Position numbers and translations under genes: made by a program
Assembly: GCA_937120965.1 (NCBI GenBank)
Contig: CAKZKA010000267.1
Span: 1,556-65,555 of the forward strand
Source: an uncultured Chloroflexota bacterium
GTDB lineage: Bacteria > Chloroflexota > Chloroflexia > Chloroflexales > Chloroflexaceae
DNA length: 64,000 nucleotides
Direction: 5' to 3'
The notes under the pieces: generated by a model
Seen by the model: only the letters and a program-made list of their open reading frames with translations
Databases searched by the model: none
Told to the model about the DNA's origin: nothing
Shown here: one piece after another, positions 7,514 through 15,751 of the stretch
Position numbering within the stretch: position 1 is the stretch's first letter
Layout of the letters: each line of letters opens with the position of its first letter

Positions 7514-8863
7514 ATGACCGCCCCGACCGCGGCCGCGCCACCGATTGATGATCGCCGCGAACTCTTTGGCTGGTATTTCTACGACTGGGCCAACTCGGCC
7601 TTTTCAACCACCGTTGTCACCGTCTTTCTCGGGCCGTTTCTCACCTCCATCACCGAGGCCGCCGCCGACGAGCGCGGTCTGGTCTACCCCCTCGGCATCC
7701 CCGTCGCTGCTGGCGCGTTCTTCCCCTACATGGTCTCGCTCTCGGTCCTGCTCCAGGTCTTCTTTCTGCCAATCCTGGGCGCCATCGCCGACTATTCTCA
7801 CGCCAAGAAGGGCATGCTCGCGACCTTCGCCTACATCGGGGCAGTTGCGACATTGTTGATGTACTTCCTGGACGGCAACCGCTACTTCCTCGGCGGGCTG
7901 CTGTTCCTTATCGCCAATCTCTCCTTCGGCGCGTCCATCGTTTTTTACAACGCCTTCCTGCCCGAAATCTCCAGCCCCGACCGGCGCGACGCGGTCTCGT
8001 CGCGCGGCTGGGCCATGGGCTACCTGGGCGGCGGCCTGCTCTTGCTTGCCAATCTGATCCTGTTCAGCAACCGTGAGGCCCTGGGCCTGCCGACCAACCT
8101 GGCCGTGCGTATCAGTCTGACCTCGGCAGGGCTGTGGTGGGCGATCTTTACCATCATTCCTCTGCTCACCCTGCGTCGCCGGGAGCCATTGAAGCGTCTT
8201 CCGCCGGGCGAGCATTACCTGACCGTCGGCTTCAAACAACTGGCGCACACCTTCAGCCAGATGCGCCACTACCCGCAGACACTGTTGTTCCTGGGGGCCT
8301 ACCTGCTCTACAATGACGGCATCCAGGCTGTCATCGCCCTGGCCTCACAGTTCGGAGCGCAGGAACTGGGTCTGGATCAGGGCATTCTCATCCAGGCGAT
8401 CTTGATGGTGCAGTTCGTGGCCTTCTTCGGAGCCCTGGCCTTTGGCTGGGTGGCACAGCGCATCGGCTCGAAGCGCGCCATTTTTCTGAGCCTGGTCATC
8501 TGGGGCGGGGCGGTGGTGTACGGCTACTTTATGCCGGCAGGCGTGCCCGCGCAATTCTTCCTGCTAGCCGGGGTGATCGCCGTGGTGCTGGGCGGCAGCC
8601 AGGCCATCAGCCGCTCGGTCTTCTCACTGATGATCCCGAAGGGCCAGGAAGCCGAGTACTTTGGCATCTACGAGGTAAGCGAGCGAGGGACGAGCTGGCT
8701 GGCGCCCTTTCTCTTCGGGCTGGCCTACCAGTTCACCAGCAGCTACCGCATCGCGATCATCTCGCTGATCATTTTCTTTGTGGCCGGATTCGCCCTGCTG
8801 CTCTTTGTGGATGTGCGGCGGGCCGCCGAGGCGGCGGGCAATGTGGCCCCGGCGAACGCATAG
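7514..8863 (+). CDS. MFS transporter, UMF1/Atg22-like family
   Basis: ATG at 7514 lies 7 nt after AAGGAGA. ELFGWYFYDWANSAFSTTVVTVFLGPFL is the characteristic N-terminus of this family. About 12 TM segments. Confidence 0.75.
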   Translation: MTAPTAAAPPIDDRRELFGWYFYDWANSAFSTTVVTVFLGPFLTSITEAAADERGLVYPLGIPVAAGAFFPYMVSLSVLLQVFFLPILGAIADYSHAKKGMLATFAYIGAVATLLMYFLDGNRYFLGGLLFLIANLSFGASIVFYNAFLPEISSPDRRDAVSSRGWAMGYLGGGLLLLANLILFSNREALGLPTNLAVRISLTSAGLWWAIFTIIPLLTLRRREPLKRLPPGEHYLTVGFKQLAHTFSQMRHYPQTLLFLGAYLLYNDGIQAVIALASQFGAQELGLDQGILIQAILMVQFVAFFGALAFGWVAQRIGSKRAIFLSLVIWGGAVVYGYFMPAGVPAQFFLLAGVIAVVLGGSQAISRSVFSLMIPKGQEAEYFGIYEVSERGTSWLAPFLFGLAYQFTSSYRIAIISLIIFFVAGFALLLFVDVRRAAEAAGNVAPANA

Positions 8864-8926
8864 GAGGGGTCAGGTGCGGTGAGGGTATGCGTGGCGCGGG
8901 GAACGCTGAAGCTTCCCCTTCTCCGT

Positions 8927-9187
8927 TCAGCGGCGCGGCGGGCGCCGCCGCTGCCCCCTGGCGCCACGCTCGACCATTGTCTGCCAGGCCGCATCAGGGT
9001 CAGGAGGACGGGCGAGGATCTGGTCGCTTACGCGGTGGGCCTGGGCATCGTTGAGTGAGGCCAGTTCCCGTTCGCGCTCCTCAACTTCAGGGTTCAACCG
9101 CGCATACTCTCGCCAGAGCCGCCAGAGCAGGGCAACCAGACCAACCAGCGCCAGCGCGGTCAGACCGAAGAGCAGGTAGAGCGTCAT
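8927..9187 (-). CDS. Small single-pass membrane protein (86 aa), translationally coupled to the response regulator
   Basis: Its ATG overlaps the regulator stop (ATGA at 9184-9187). N-terminal TM helix LLFGLTALALVGLVALLW followed by a charged tail. Confidence 0.45.
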   Translation of the reverse strand: MTLYLLFGLTALALVGLVALLWRLWREYARLNPEVEERERELASLNDAQAHRVSDQILARPPDPDAAWQTMVERGARGQRRRPPRR

Positions 9188-9813
9188 CGACGCCCCTCCT
9201 GGCGCTGCTTGAAGAAAATACCCGCAGCCTCGGTGCGGTTGCTCACGCCGAGTTTCTGATAAATATTCTGCAGGTGAAACTTGACCGTATTCTCGCTAAC
9301 GTTGAGGCGCTGGGCGATCTGCGTATTGGTCAGCCCCTGGGCCACCAGCGAGAGCACTTCGGCCTCGCGCTCGGAGAGATCGGCGGCGGGGCCGGGACGC
9401 TGCCGGTGCTGGCGCAACCAGCGGCGGGCCGCCTGGGGAAAGACCAGTTGCCCCTGATAGACCTGGCGGATGCAGGCCACCGTCTGCTGAGGCGGCTCGG
9501 TCTTGAGGGCGAAGCCATCAGCTTCGGCTTCGAGGGCCGACTGGATGGTATCGCCATCGTAGAACGCCGAGAGCACCAGCACCTTGGCCGGCAGTCCTTC
9601 GGCGCGAATACGCTGCAAACACTCAATGCCGCTGACCGTGGGCATCTGCAAATCGAGCACCACCACATCGGGTCGCAACGCGCGCACCGCGTCAAGCACC
9701 TGGTCACCATCGTTGGCGGTGCCAACCACCTCAATATCGCCCTCGGCCTCGATCAGCGAGCGCAGCCCCTCCAGCACCAGAGCGTGATCATCGGCAAGAA
9801 AAACTCTAATCAT
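9184..9813 (-). CDS. NarL/FixJ-family response regulator (REC + LuxR HTH)
   Basis: MIRVFLADDHALVLEGL...DVVVLDLQMP receiver domain. C-terminal LSEREAEVLSLVAQGLTNTQIAQRLNVSENTVKFHLQNIYQKLGV. The start at 9813 overlaps the kinase stop by 8 nt. Confidence 0.85.
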   Translation of the reverse strand: MIRVFLADDHALVLEGLRSLIEAEGDIEVVGTANDGDQVLDAVRALRPDVVVLDLQMPTVSGIECLQRIRAEGLPAKVLVLSAFYDGDTIQSALEAEADGFALKTEPPQQTVACIRQVYQGQLVFPQAARRWLRQHRQRPGPAADLSEREAEVLSLVAQGLTNTQIAQRLNVSENTVKFHLQNIYQKLGVSNRTEAAGIFFKQRQEGRR

Positions 9814-10498
9814 TTCTCGCGTATGGCACATCAACCCGCACCCGGGTGCCCAGACCAGGGGTGCTCTCGATGCTAAAGCTCCCGCCCAGCAGGTGCACTC
9901 GCTCGCGCATCCCCTCCAGTCCGAAGTGACCGGCCAGGGGTTGCTGCATCACGGCGGCAACATCGAACCCGCAGCCATCATCGCATACCTGCATCACGAT
10001 CCTGCGCCCATCACAGCTCAGGGTGACGCTATGGTGCCGGGCATGCCCGTGGCGCGCGGCGTTCGAGAGAGCCTCTTGCAAAATCCGGTACAGAGAGATT
10101 TTAACTGGTAGCGGCACTGTTGGCAACTCGCCAAGGATCTCCAGACTGACCGGGTTGCCGGTCAGTTCCTCGTGCTGGATCACCAGCCCTTCGAGGATGG
10201 AGACCAGGTCGCGGCGCTCGAACTCAGGGGGGCGAAATGCGCCCATAAAGTTGCGGATCTCGTTGAGCGCATTCTCCAGCAACCCGATACTGCGCCTGAT
10301 CCGCAGCAGTTCATCGTTGAGCGCCGACTGCTGCGCCAGCCGCCGTTGTACCACGTATAACTGGGATAATGCGGCGAAAATATTCTGAACCGGACCATCG
10401 TGAATGTCGAGGATGATCCGGCCCACTTCGCGCTCAGCGATCTCAAGGAACCGCCCGGAGGCCTCTGTGTTCCCGTTGTCCGGTTGAGTGCTTGTCAT
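9806..10498 (-). CDS. Cytoplasmic sensor histidine kinase (HisKA_3 + HATPase_c), no TM or sensor domain
   Basis: H-box DIHDGPVQNIF, N-box LQEALSNAARHG, G-boxes DDGCGF and GHFGLEGMRERV. Only 230 aa. Confidence 0.8.
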   Translation of the reverse strand: MTSTQPDNGNTEASGRFLEIAEREVGRIILDIHDGPVQNIFAALSQLYVVQRRLAQQSALNDELLRIRRSIGLLENALNEIRNFMGAFRPPEFERRDLVSILEGLVIQHEELTGNPVSLEILGELPTVPLPVKISLYRILQEALSNAARHGHARHHSVTLSCDGRRIVMQVCDDGCGFDVAAVMQQPLAGHFGLEGMRERVHLLGGSFSIESTPGLGTRVRVDVPYARND

Positions 10499-10611
10499 GG
10501 CTGCGCCGCCTTTCCAGACATGTGGGCATATTATACACCCCGCCGGAATGCGACAACACAGGTCCCTGCGGTCCCTCAGAGTAATGATTTCTTAACTGAC
10601 CTTCCACTTCC

Positions 10612-10700
10612 CGGTGCGAACATATGGGGACCCCGGGGTTCCCCACGGCCCCTCGCTGAGAGGAGGGTTTGGGAGGGCGCAGCCCTCCCAGGAGCATCTT
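10612..10700 (+). repeat. GAACAT motif, palindrome variant and one H unit
   Basis: GCGAACATATGGGGACCCCGGGGTTCCCC (palindrome at 10627-10645), then GGAGGGTTTGGGAGGGCGCAGCCCTCCCAGGA. Confidence 0.75.
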
Positions 10701-10816
10701 TCCCGCTTCGGAAGAAGAAGGGGGCTGGAGGGTGAGGGCGCACGGCTGCTACGGTCCTCCTGCCGCGCTCCGGAAAACTCTACCCTTGAGAGCATCCCCA
10801 CACCTCCAACCTCCCC

Positions 10817-12388
10817 TCAGCGCACCTCCACACCCAGGCGTCCGAGCAGCACCTTGTAGGGATCGGGATTATCGGGGTGCCACTCGAAACGCGCGCGCTC
10901 GAACCACTGCACGGTCAGCGCCCGCCCCTCGATGGTCTCGGTCTGCGCTTCGCTGAGAGGCAGGCCGAAGAGGGCGATGCTCTCCGCCAGGCTGTAACCG
11001 CGCCGCCCGTCAAACTCCAGACCTCGGGCGCGGTAGTAGCTCAGAAACGGCTCGCAGAGACTGAAACCGGTTTCGGCGAAGGAGAGGCAACCGGCAGGCG
11101 CGGCGCCGGCCCGGCCCGACTGGCGCCAATCGCGGCCCTGGCGCGCCAGCCCCTCGGCGCCGAGGCGCCCGAGCAGCACATCGTAGGGCCGCTGGTTCTG
11201 CGGGTGCAGCTCCAGGCGGTTACGCTCAAACTCCTGGGCCTGCACCTCGCGCCCCTCGATGCTCATGCTGCGCTGCGGGCCGATGGGCAGCCCGAAGACC
11301 GGCAGGCCCCCGTGCTCGCGCCAGTACTCCAGCATGCGCCCGCAGACCTGGTGGCCCGTTTCCGGGAAGGTCTGGCACTGCGCCGGAGCCGGTTGCGGCG
11401 GGGGCGCGGCCTGGCCCACCTCGCGGCGGAAGCGGTCGCTCAACTCGCGGGTCAGGCGCAGGTAGAGGTCGCCATACTGCTCACTCGGTTCGATGTGGCT
11501 GCCCTCGTAGAACTCGTTGAAGCTGGTCAGCACTACCGCCTGGGCATTGCGTTCGATGGCCGTCTGCCAGGTGCTCCGGTAGTACTCGCCGTTCTGGCGG
11601 TCGCGGGCGTGGCCGCCACGGATGCGCAGGTCGTCGTAGCCCGGCATCACCGTGGCCACAAAGGGCCGGTTCTGGCCGTTGGCGCGGTTCCACTGGTCGA
11701 GCCGGCTCGCATACGAGGCCATGGCCGCGCCGGGACGGCGCTCCCAACTGATGTCGAAGTAGTACAGCGCGTCGTAGACCTCCAGATAGCTGAAGGTGTC
11801 GGTGCCGCCAAACCAGAACTGCTCGCGCCCCGGATCGGCGCGGTTCCGCAACTCGCGCCATGCCCCAACCCCTCCCAGCGCGGGCGGGTTGAACCAGAAC
11901 ACCACCGGACGGCCCTGGTAGCGCAGGTAGTTCGGCTGGCCGAAAAAGTCGCGCTTCAGCACATCAATCGCCCGCGTCAGGCTCTCAACGCTCCGCAGGG
12001 CGCTCCATGCCGAATGGTCGGGGATGATCGCCACCTGGAGGTCGCGACCCCCTTCACGGGCCAGTTCGATTAAGCGGCGGCAGCGCTTGTTCAGTCGGTC
12101 CTCGTCGGGGCCATACCAGGTGCAGACCAGGGCATCAATGCCCGCGTCGTCGGCCTGCTGCACATGGCGGCGGATGGCCTCCTCGTCGCCGCCACTGTAA
12201 CGCGGTGACGGCAGATCGCTCATCCGGCTGTACGACCAGTCTGATTGCTCCCACCACGGGTAGTAGAAGGCCATGATCGGCCGCTCAGTGGCCGCCCGCG
12301 CCGGAGCGACCGGGGGGATCATCAGGCCAGCCAGGATCACCAGGATCAGAAGTGGCCCGAGTCGTCGCAGGTGACGGTAATAAAGCAT
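10817..12388 (-). CDS. Secreted glycoside hydrolase-like protein (GH99-like catalytic region) with two C-terminal ~75-aa repeat modules
   Basis: ATG at 12388 after AGGAGGAG. Signal-like MLYYRHLRRLGPLLILVILAGLMIPPVAPARA. AFYYPWW and VLTSFNEFYEGSHIEPS resemble GH99 motifs. The C-terminus has 2 x FxETG...FGLP...FERxRxEhHP..P..VLLGRLG. Confidence 0.55.
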   Translation of the reverse strand: MLYYRHLRRLGPLLILVILAGLMIPPVAPARAATERPIMAFYYPWWEQSDWSYSRMSDLPSPRYSGGDEEAIRRHVQQADDAGIDALVCTWYGPDEDRLNKRCRRLIELAREGGRDLQVAIIPDHSAWSALRSVESLTRAIDVLKRDFFGQPNYLRYQGRPVVFWFNPPALGGVGAWRELRNRADPGREQFWFGGTDTFSYLEVYDALYYFDISWERRPGAAMASYASRLDQWNRANGQNRPFVATVMPGYDDLRIRGGHARDRQNGEYYRSTWQTAIERNAQAVVLTSFNEFYEGSHIEPSEQYGDLYLRLTRELSDRFRREVGQAAPPPQPAPAQCQTFPETGHQVCGRMLEYWREHGGLPVFGLPIGPQRSMSIEGREVQAQEFERNRLELHPQNQRPYDVLLGRLGAEGLARQGRDWRQSGRAGAAPAGCLSFAETGFSLCEPFLSYYRARGLEFDGRRGYSLAESIALFGLPLSEAQTETIEGRALTVQWFERARFEWHPDNPDPYKVLLGRLGVEVR

Positions 12389-12503
12389 ACTGCTCCTCCT
12401 GGGGAACGCGCCGGATCTGGCGTGGTATTCGCCTGAGCGGCGCGGCCCGTAGGTCTCGGCAGGCATGTTTCAGCCTGATCGGTCGTGGAGGTGTAGCGCG
12501 CAG

Positions 12504-12610
12504 GTGTTCACTCCTGGGGTAAGGCGTCACCCCGGGTGCGCGGGCGTCCCGCCCGCAATGGCCTGGATGCGGGTAAGATGCCCGCGTACCCCGGAGAAGT
12601 GTGAACACGT
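12504..12610 (+). repeat. R1 element copy 2
   Basis: Nearly identical to copy 1 over about 100 nt, with the same GTGTTCAC...GTGTGAACAC ends. Confidence 0.75.
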
Positions 12611-12829
12611 GCGTGCAGCGCTGCGGTGCCCCCCGCCCCCCACTCCAGTGAACCCGTTCCCATCCCGGGCATTCTACTCTCTTCGGTCTCCGCAGGCAGT
12701 AGCCCTTCGGTCCTGTTCGCAGGGGGTAGCCAGCCTGCTGCCCCCTGCCCATCGAGGCGCCAGGCGCCCCCATCACCGGTTGGGGGATGCGGCTGCTGGA
12801 TTGGCGCGCCTCCCCGGAAGAGTCAAGCA

Positions 12830-13185
12830 CACCATTCGCATTCGTTTATTCGTTTCCCATTCGTTGGCGTATTTCGTTTCCCCTGAGGTGAAAATATGGG
12901 GAAATCGGGTTTCCCCACCCCCCTCCCTGCGGGGAGGCGCCCGGTTCCCTCCCCCAGCGGGGGAGGGCCAGGGAGGGGGCGGCCCTCCCGAAGACGCCCT
13001 ATGTTCATCGCGGCGTTGTGCGCCATGCGTATGACCGTCTAAGATGAAAACGGGTTTTTCTCAGGAGGGCGTAGAGGCGCGGCGCCGCCGCGCCTCTACG
13101 CCCAAACCCTCCCGCGCGCGGGCTATGTTCACGCTGGACGCCCATGCGCGGGGCGCACAACGCCAGCATGCAACCGTGGGAGGGC
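12830..13185 (+). repeat. Composite repeat block
   Basis: ACGAAT-rich module at 12830-12867. CTGAGGTGAAAAT. Palindrome at 12898-12916. About 110-bp module GGCGCCCGGTTCCCTCCCCCAGCGGGGGAGGGCCAGGGAGGGGGCGGCCCTCCC...CGGCGTTGTGCGCC. A 17-bp-stem hairpin at 13067-13103. ATGTTCAC. Confidence 0.85.
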
Positions 13186-13188
13186 TAA

Positions 13189-13290
13189 TACCAATTACCG
13201 TTGATGATACCGCATTGCTTGAAGCGGTTTTAGGCGTTATGCTGCCCAGCGTGGCAATCCACAATCCAAAATCCAAAATCTAAAATGGTA
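13189..13290 (-). mobile_element. 102-bp MITE, subfamily A, flanked by a TAA/TAA duplication
   Basis: Ends TACCAATT...AAAATGGTA. TSD TAA at 13186-13188 and 13291-13293. It is inserted in the loop of a GGGAGGGGG/GCCCTCCC repeat hairpin. Confidence 0.8.
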
Positions 13291-13293
13291 TAA

Positions 13294-13455
13294 CCCCCTC
13301 CCTGACCCTCCCCCGCTGGGGGAGGGAACCGGGCGCCTCCCCACCGGCAGGGGGTTGGGGCAACCCGGTTTCCCCGGTTCCCAACCGCTGGTGGGAGCGG
13401 CTGGCGCCCCACCGGCAGGGGGTTGGGGCAACCCGGTTTCCCCATATGTTCGCAT
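13294..13455 (-). repeat. Composite repeat block with two palindromes
   Basis: Remainder of the GGGGGAGGG module. Palindromes GGGGCAACCCGGTTTCCCC at 13357-13375 and 13425-13443, separated by the CCAACCGCTGGTGGGAGCGGCTGG hairpin. ATATGTTCGCATCAG. Confidence 0.85.
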
Positions 13456-13564
13456 CAGGGTGCGTTACCGCGGACCGCGCGCATACGCTACCGGCGCGCT
13501 GACCAGCGCCGATCTGCGGTATGATAGAATGAGCAATCGCCAGACAGACCAGCAGGAGACCCCC

Positions 13565-14200
13565 ATGCTTACCGACCGCGCCCGTGAGACGCTCTACGCC
13601 TGGGTCGCCGCCGATAGCCTGCGCAAACACTGCGAGGCCGTGTCGGCCTGCATGGTCCACTTCGCCCGGCAGGGCGGCGCGGACGCCGACCTGTGGGGCG
13701 CCGTGGGCCTGCTCCACGATATGGACTTTGAGCGCTACCCTGATATGCCTGAGGAAACCCCCGCGGTGCATGCGCTGTCACACGCCCTTGTCGCCGGCGA
13801 ACCGGTACCCGAAACGCTACCAGGGCACCCCTTCTATGGCGTGAAGTATCTGCGCGATAGCGGCTGGTCGCCTGAGGTGCTGCGGGCCATTCTCAGCCAC
13901 GCCGATTACAGCGGCATTGCCCCCGAGTCACCCCTGGAGCGCACCCTGTACGCCGTGGATGAACTGAGCGGCTTCGTGACCGCCGTGGCCCTGGTGCGCC
14001 CGGACAGGTCCATCCACAGCGTTGAGGTCGCCTCAGTGAAGAAGAAGATGAAGGACAAGGCGTTTGCGGCCAAAGTGAGCCGCGAGGGTATTCGTCACGG
14101 CGCGGAGGTCATCGGTATGCCACTCGATGACCTGATCGCCGAAGTCATCGCTGCGTTGCGCGCCGCGGCGCCGCGCCTGGGGTTGCAGGGCACGCCTTGA
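13565..14200 (+). CDS. HD-domain metal-dependent phosphohydrolase
   Basis: ATG at 13565 lies 8 nt after AGGAG. Contains LLHDMDFERYPD (HD motif). An alternative ATG is at 13529. The track ORF start at 13355 lies in repeats. Confidence 0.65.
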   Translation: MLTDRARETLYAWVAADSLRKHCEAVSACMVHFARQGGADADLWGAVGLLHDMDFERYPDMPEETPAVHALSHALVAGEPVPETLPGHPFYGVKYLRDSGWSPEVLRAILSHADYSGIAPESPLERTLYAVDELSGFVTAVALVRPDRSIHSVEVASVKKKMKDKAFAAKVSREGIRHGAEVIGMPLDDLIAEVIAALRAAAPRLGLQGTP

Positions 14201-14228
14201 GGCGGCCGGGCCATCCCCTGGTTCGACT

Positions 14229-15536
14229 ATGCTCCCCCACCACATCTGGCCCGACACGGCCACCATCAGCGCCGGGCGCCTCCAGATTGGCGGCTGTGAC
14301 GCGCAGGCTCTCGCTGCGGCCCACGGCACGCCCCTCTACGTGTTCGATGAAGCGACCCTGCGCAGGGCAATGCGCGCCTATCTGGCCGCCTTTCGACGCC
14401 AGGGGTTGCCCTTCGGCGTGCACTACGCCGCCAAGGCCCTGCTCACAACCGCCCTCGCCCAGCTTGTCGCCCAGGAGGGTCTGGGGCTGGACGTTGTCTC
14501 CGGCGCCGAGTTGCTAGTGGCGCGGCGCGCTGGCGTGCCAATGGCACAGATCCACTTCCACGGCAATGCCCGCAGCGACGCGGAACTGGAACGCGCCGTG
14601 GCATGGGGCGTCGGCGCCGTGGTGGTGGATACCCTCGATGAGCTGGAGCGGCTCGCCACGCTGACCGCCGGCCGCGCGCAGCCCCAGGGCCTCATGCTGC
14701 GCGTGGCGCCGGGTATCGAGGCGCGCACCCACCGCTATATCGCCACCGGTGACGCCGACTCAAAGTTCGGTTTGCCGCCCGAAGCTCTCGATGCCGCCGC
14801 GCAGCGAATCCGGGCAAGCGCTGGCCTGCGCTTCCTCGGTCTGCACGCCCATATCGGCTCGCAACTCTTCGACCTGGAGCGCCTCGGCGCCACCGTGGCC
14901 GTGCTGGTGCGCCTGGCGGCGCGCCTCCGCACCCGCCACGGCCTGACGACGGAGGAACTCAGTCCCGGCGGGGGCCTGGGTACGCCCTCTCTGGCCGAAG
15001 AAACCGCTCCTGACCTCGAAGCCTACGCCGCAACCCTGAGCGCCAGCCTGCGCCAGCACTGCGCCGCTCACGCCCTGCCACTGCCGCGTCTGACGGTCGA
15101 GCCAGGACGCTCAATTGTCGCCCGCGCCGGCGTAGCCCTCTACACCGTGATGGGGCGCAAACTGGCCGCCGATGGCTCAATACGGTACCTCTACGTGGAC
15201 GGCGGCATGGCCGACAACCTGCGCCCGGCGCTCTACCACGCTCGCTACACTGCCCTGCTGGCCAATCGCGCCAGCGCGCCCCCTGGCCCGCCCGTCGCCG
15301 TCGCCGGGCGCTACTGCGAGTCGGGCGATGTGCTGCTGCGCGATGTCCGCCTTCCGCCAGCCCATCCTGGAGACCTGCTGGCCGTTGCCACCGCCGGGGC
15401 CTACACGCTGAGCATGGCCAGCACCTACAACCTGGTACCCCGCCCGGCCGCCGTTCTGGTCGCCGCGGGGCGCGCCCGCCTCATCCAGCGCCGCGAGACT
15501 GAAGCCGACGTGCTCGCGCGCGATGTGCCGCTCTGA
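14229..15536 (+). CDS. lysA: Diaminopimelate decarboxylase
   Basis: HYAAKAL (PLP lysine), HAHIGSQ, EPGRSIVA and GRYCESGDVL are motifs of the group IV decarboxylase LysA. Confidence 0.85.
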   Translation: MLPHHIWPDTATISAGRLQIGGCDAQALAAAHGTPLYVFDEATLRRAMRAYLAAFRRQGLPFGVHYAAKALLTTALAQLVAQEGLGLDVVSGAELLVARRAGVPMAQIHFHGNARSDAELERAVAWGVGAVVVDTLDELERLATLTAGRAQPQGLMLRVAPGIEARTHRYIATGDADSKFGLPPEALDAAAQRIRASAGLRFLGLHAHIGSQLFDLERLGATVAVLVRLAARLRTRHGLTTEELSPGGGLGTPSLAEETAPDLEAYAATLSASLRQHCAAHALPLPRLTVEPGRSIVARAGVALYTVMGRKLAADGSIRYLYVDGGMADNLRPALYHARYTALLANRASAPPGPPVAVAGRYCESGDVLLRDVRLPPAHPGDLLAVATAGAYTLSMASTYNLVPRPAAVLVAAGRARLIQRRETEADVLARDVPL

Positions 15537-15589
15537 TGAAAACGGATCGCTTTATGCAGTTGTAGATTGCAGCGTATTGAGTTCAGGAG

Positions 15590-15665
15590 GGGGACGAACG
15601 CTCCAAACCCTCCCCTCAGGCAGGGGTATGGGGAAACCCGGTTTCCCCATAGGTTCACCTCAGGC
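15590..15665 (-). repeat. Partial H unit, perfect palindrome and terminal motif
   Basis: CCAAACCCTCCCC...GGGGAAACCCGGTTTCCCC (15630-15648), then ATAGGTTCACCTCAG. Confidence 0.8.
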
Positions 15666-15751
15666 CGTCGGAAAAGGAACTTCGTTCTATTCCGCGGTGA
15701 CGCGGCGCAACCGCGCAGAGGGGCCGGAGCCAATGCGGATGGCCCTGCGAC

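Noticed and set aside
12883-12900. GAGGTGAA(C/A)ATATG in the repeat terminus resembles a Shine-Dalgarno sequence plus ATG (also near 51121-51135), which suggests small repeat-encoded peptides.
   Set aside because: Most copies have ACATAC or ACATAG instead of ATG. The downstream frame runs straight into the palindrome and varies between copies. There is no consistent ORF length.
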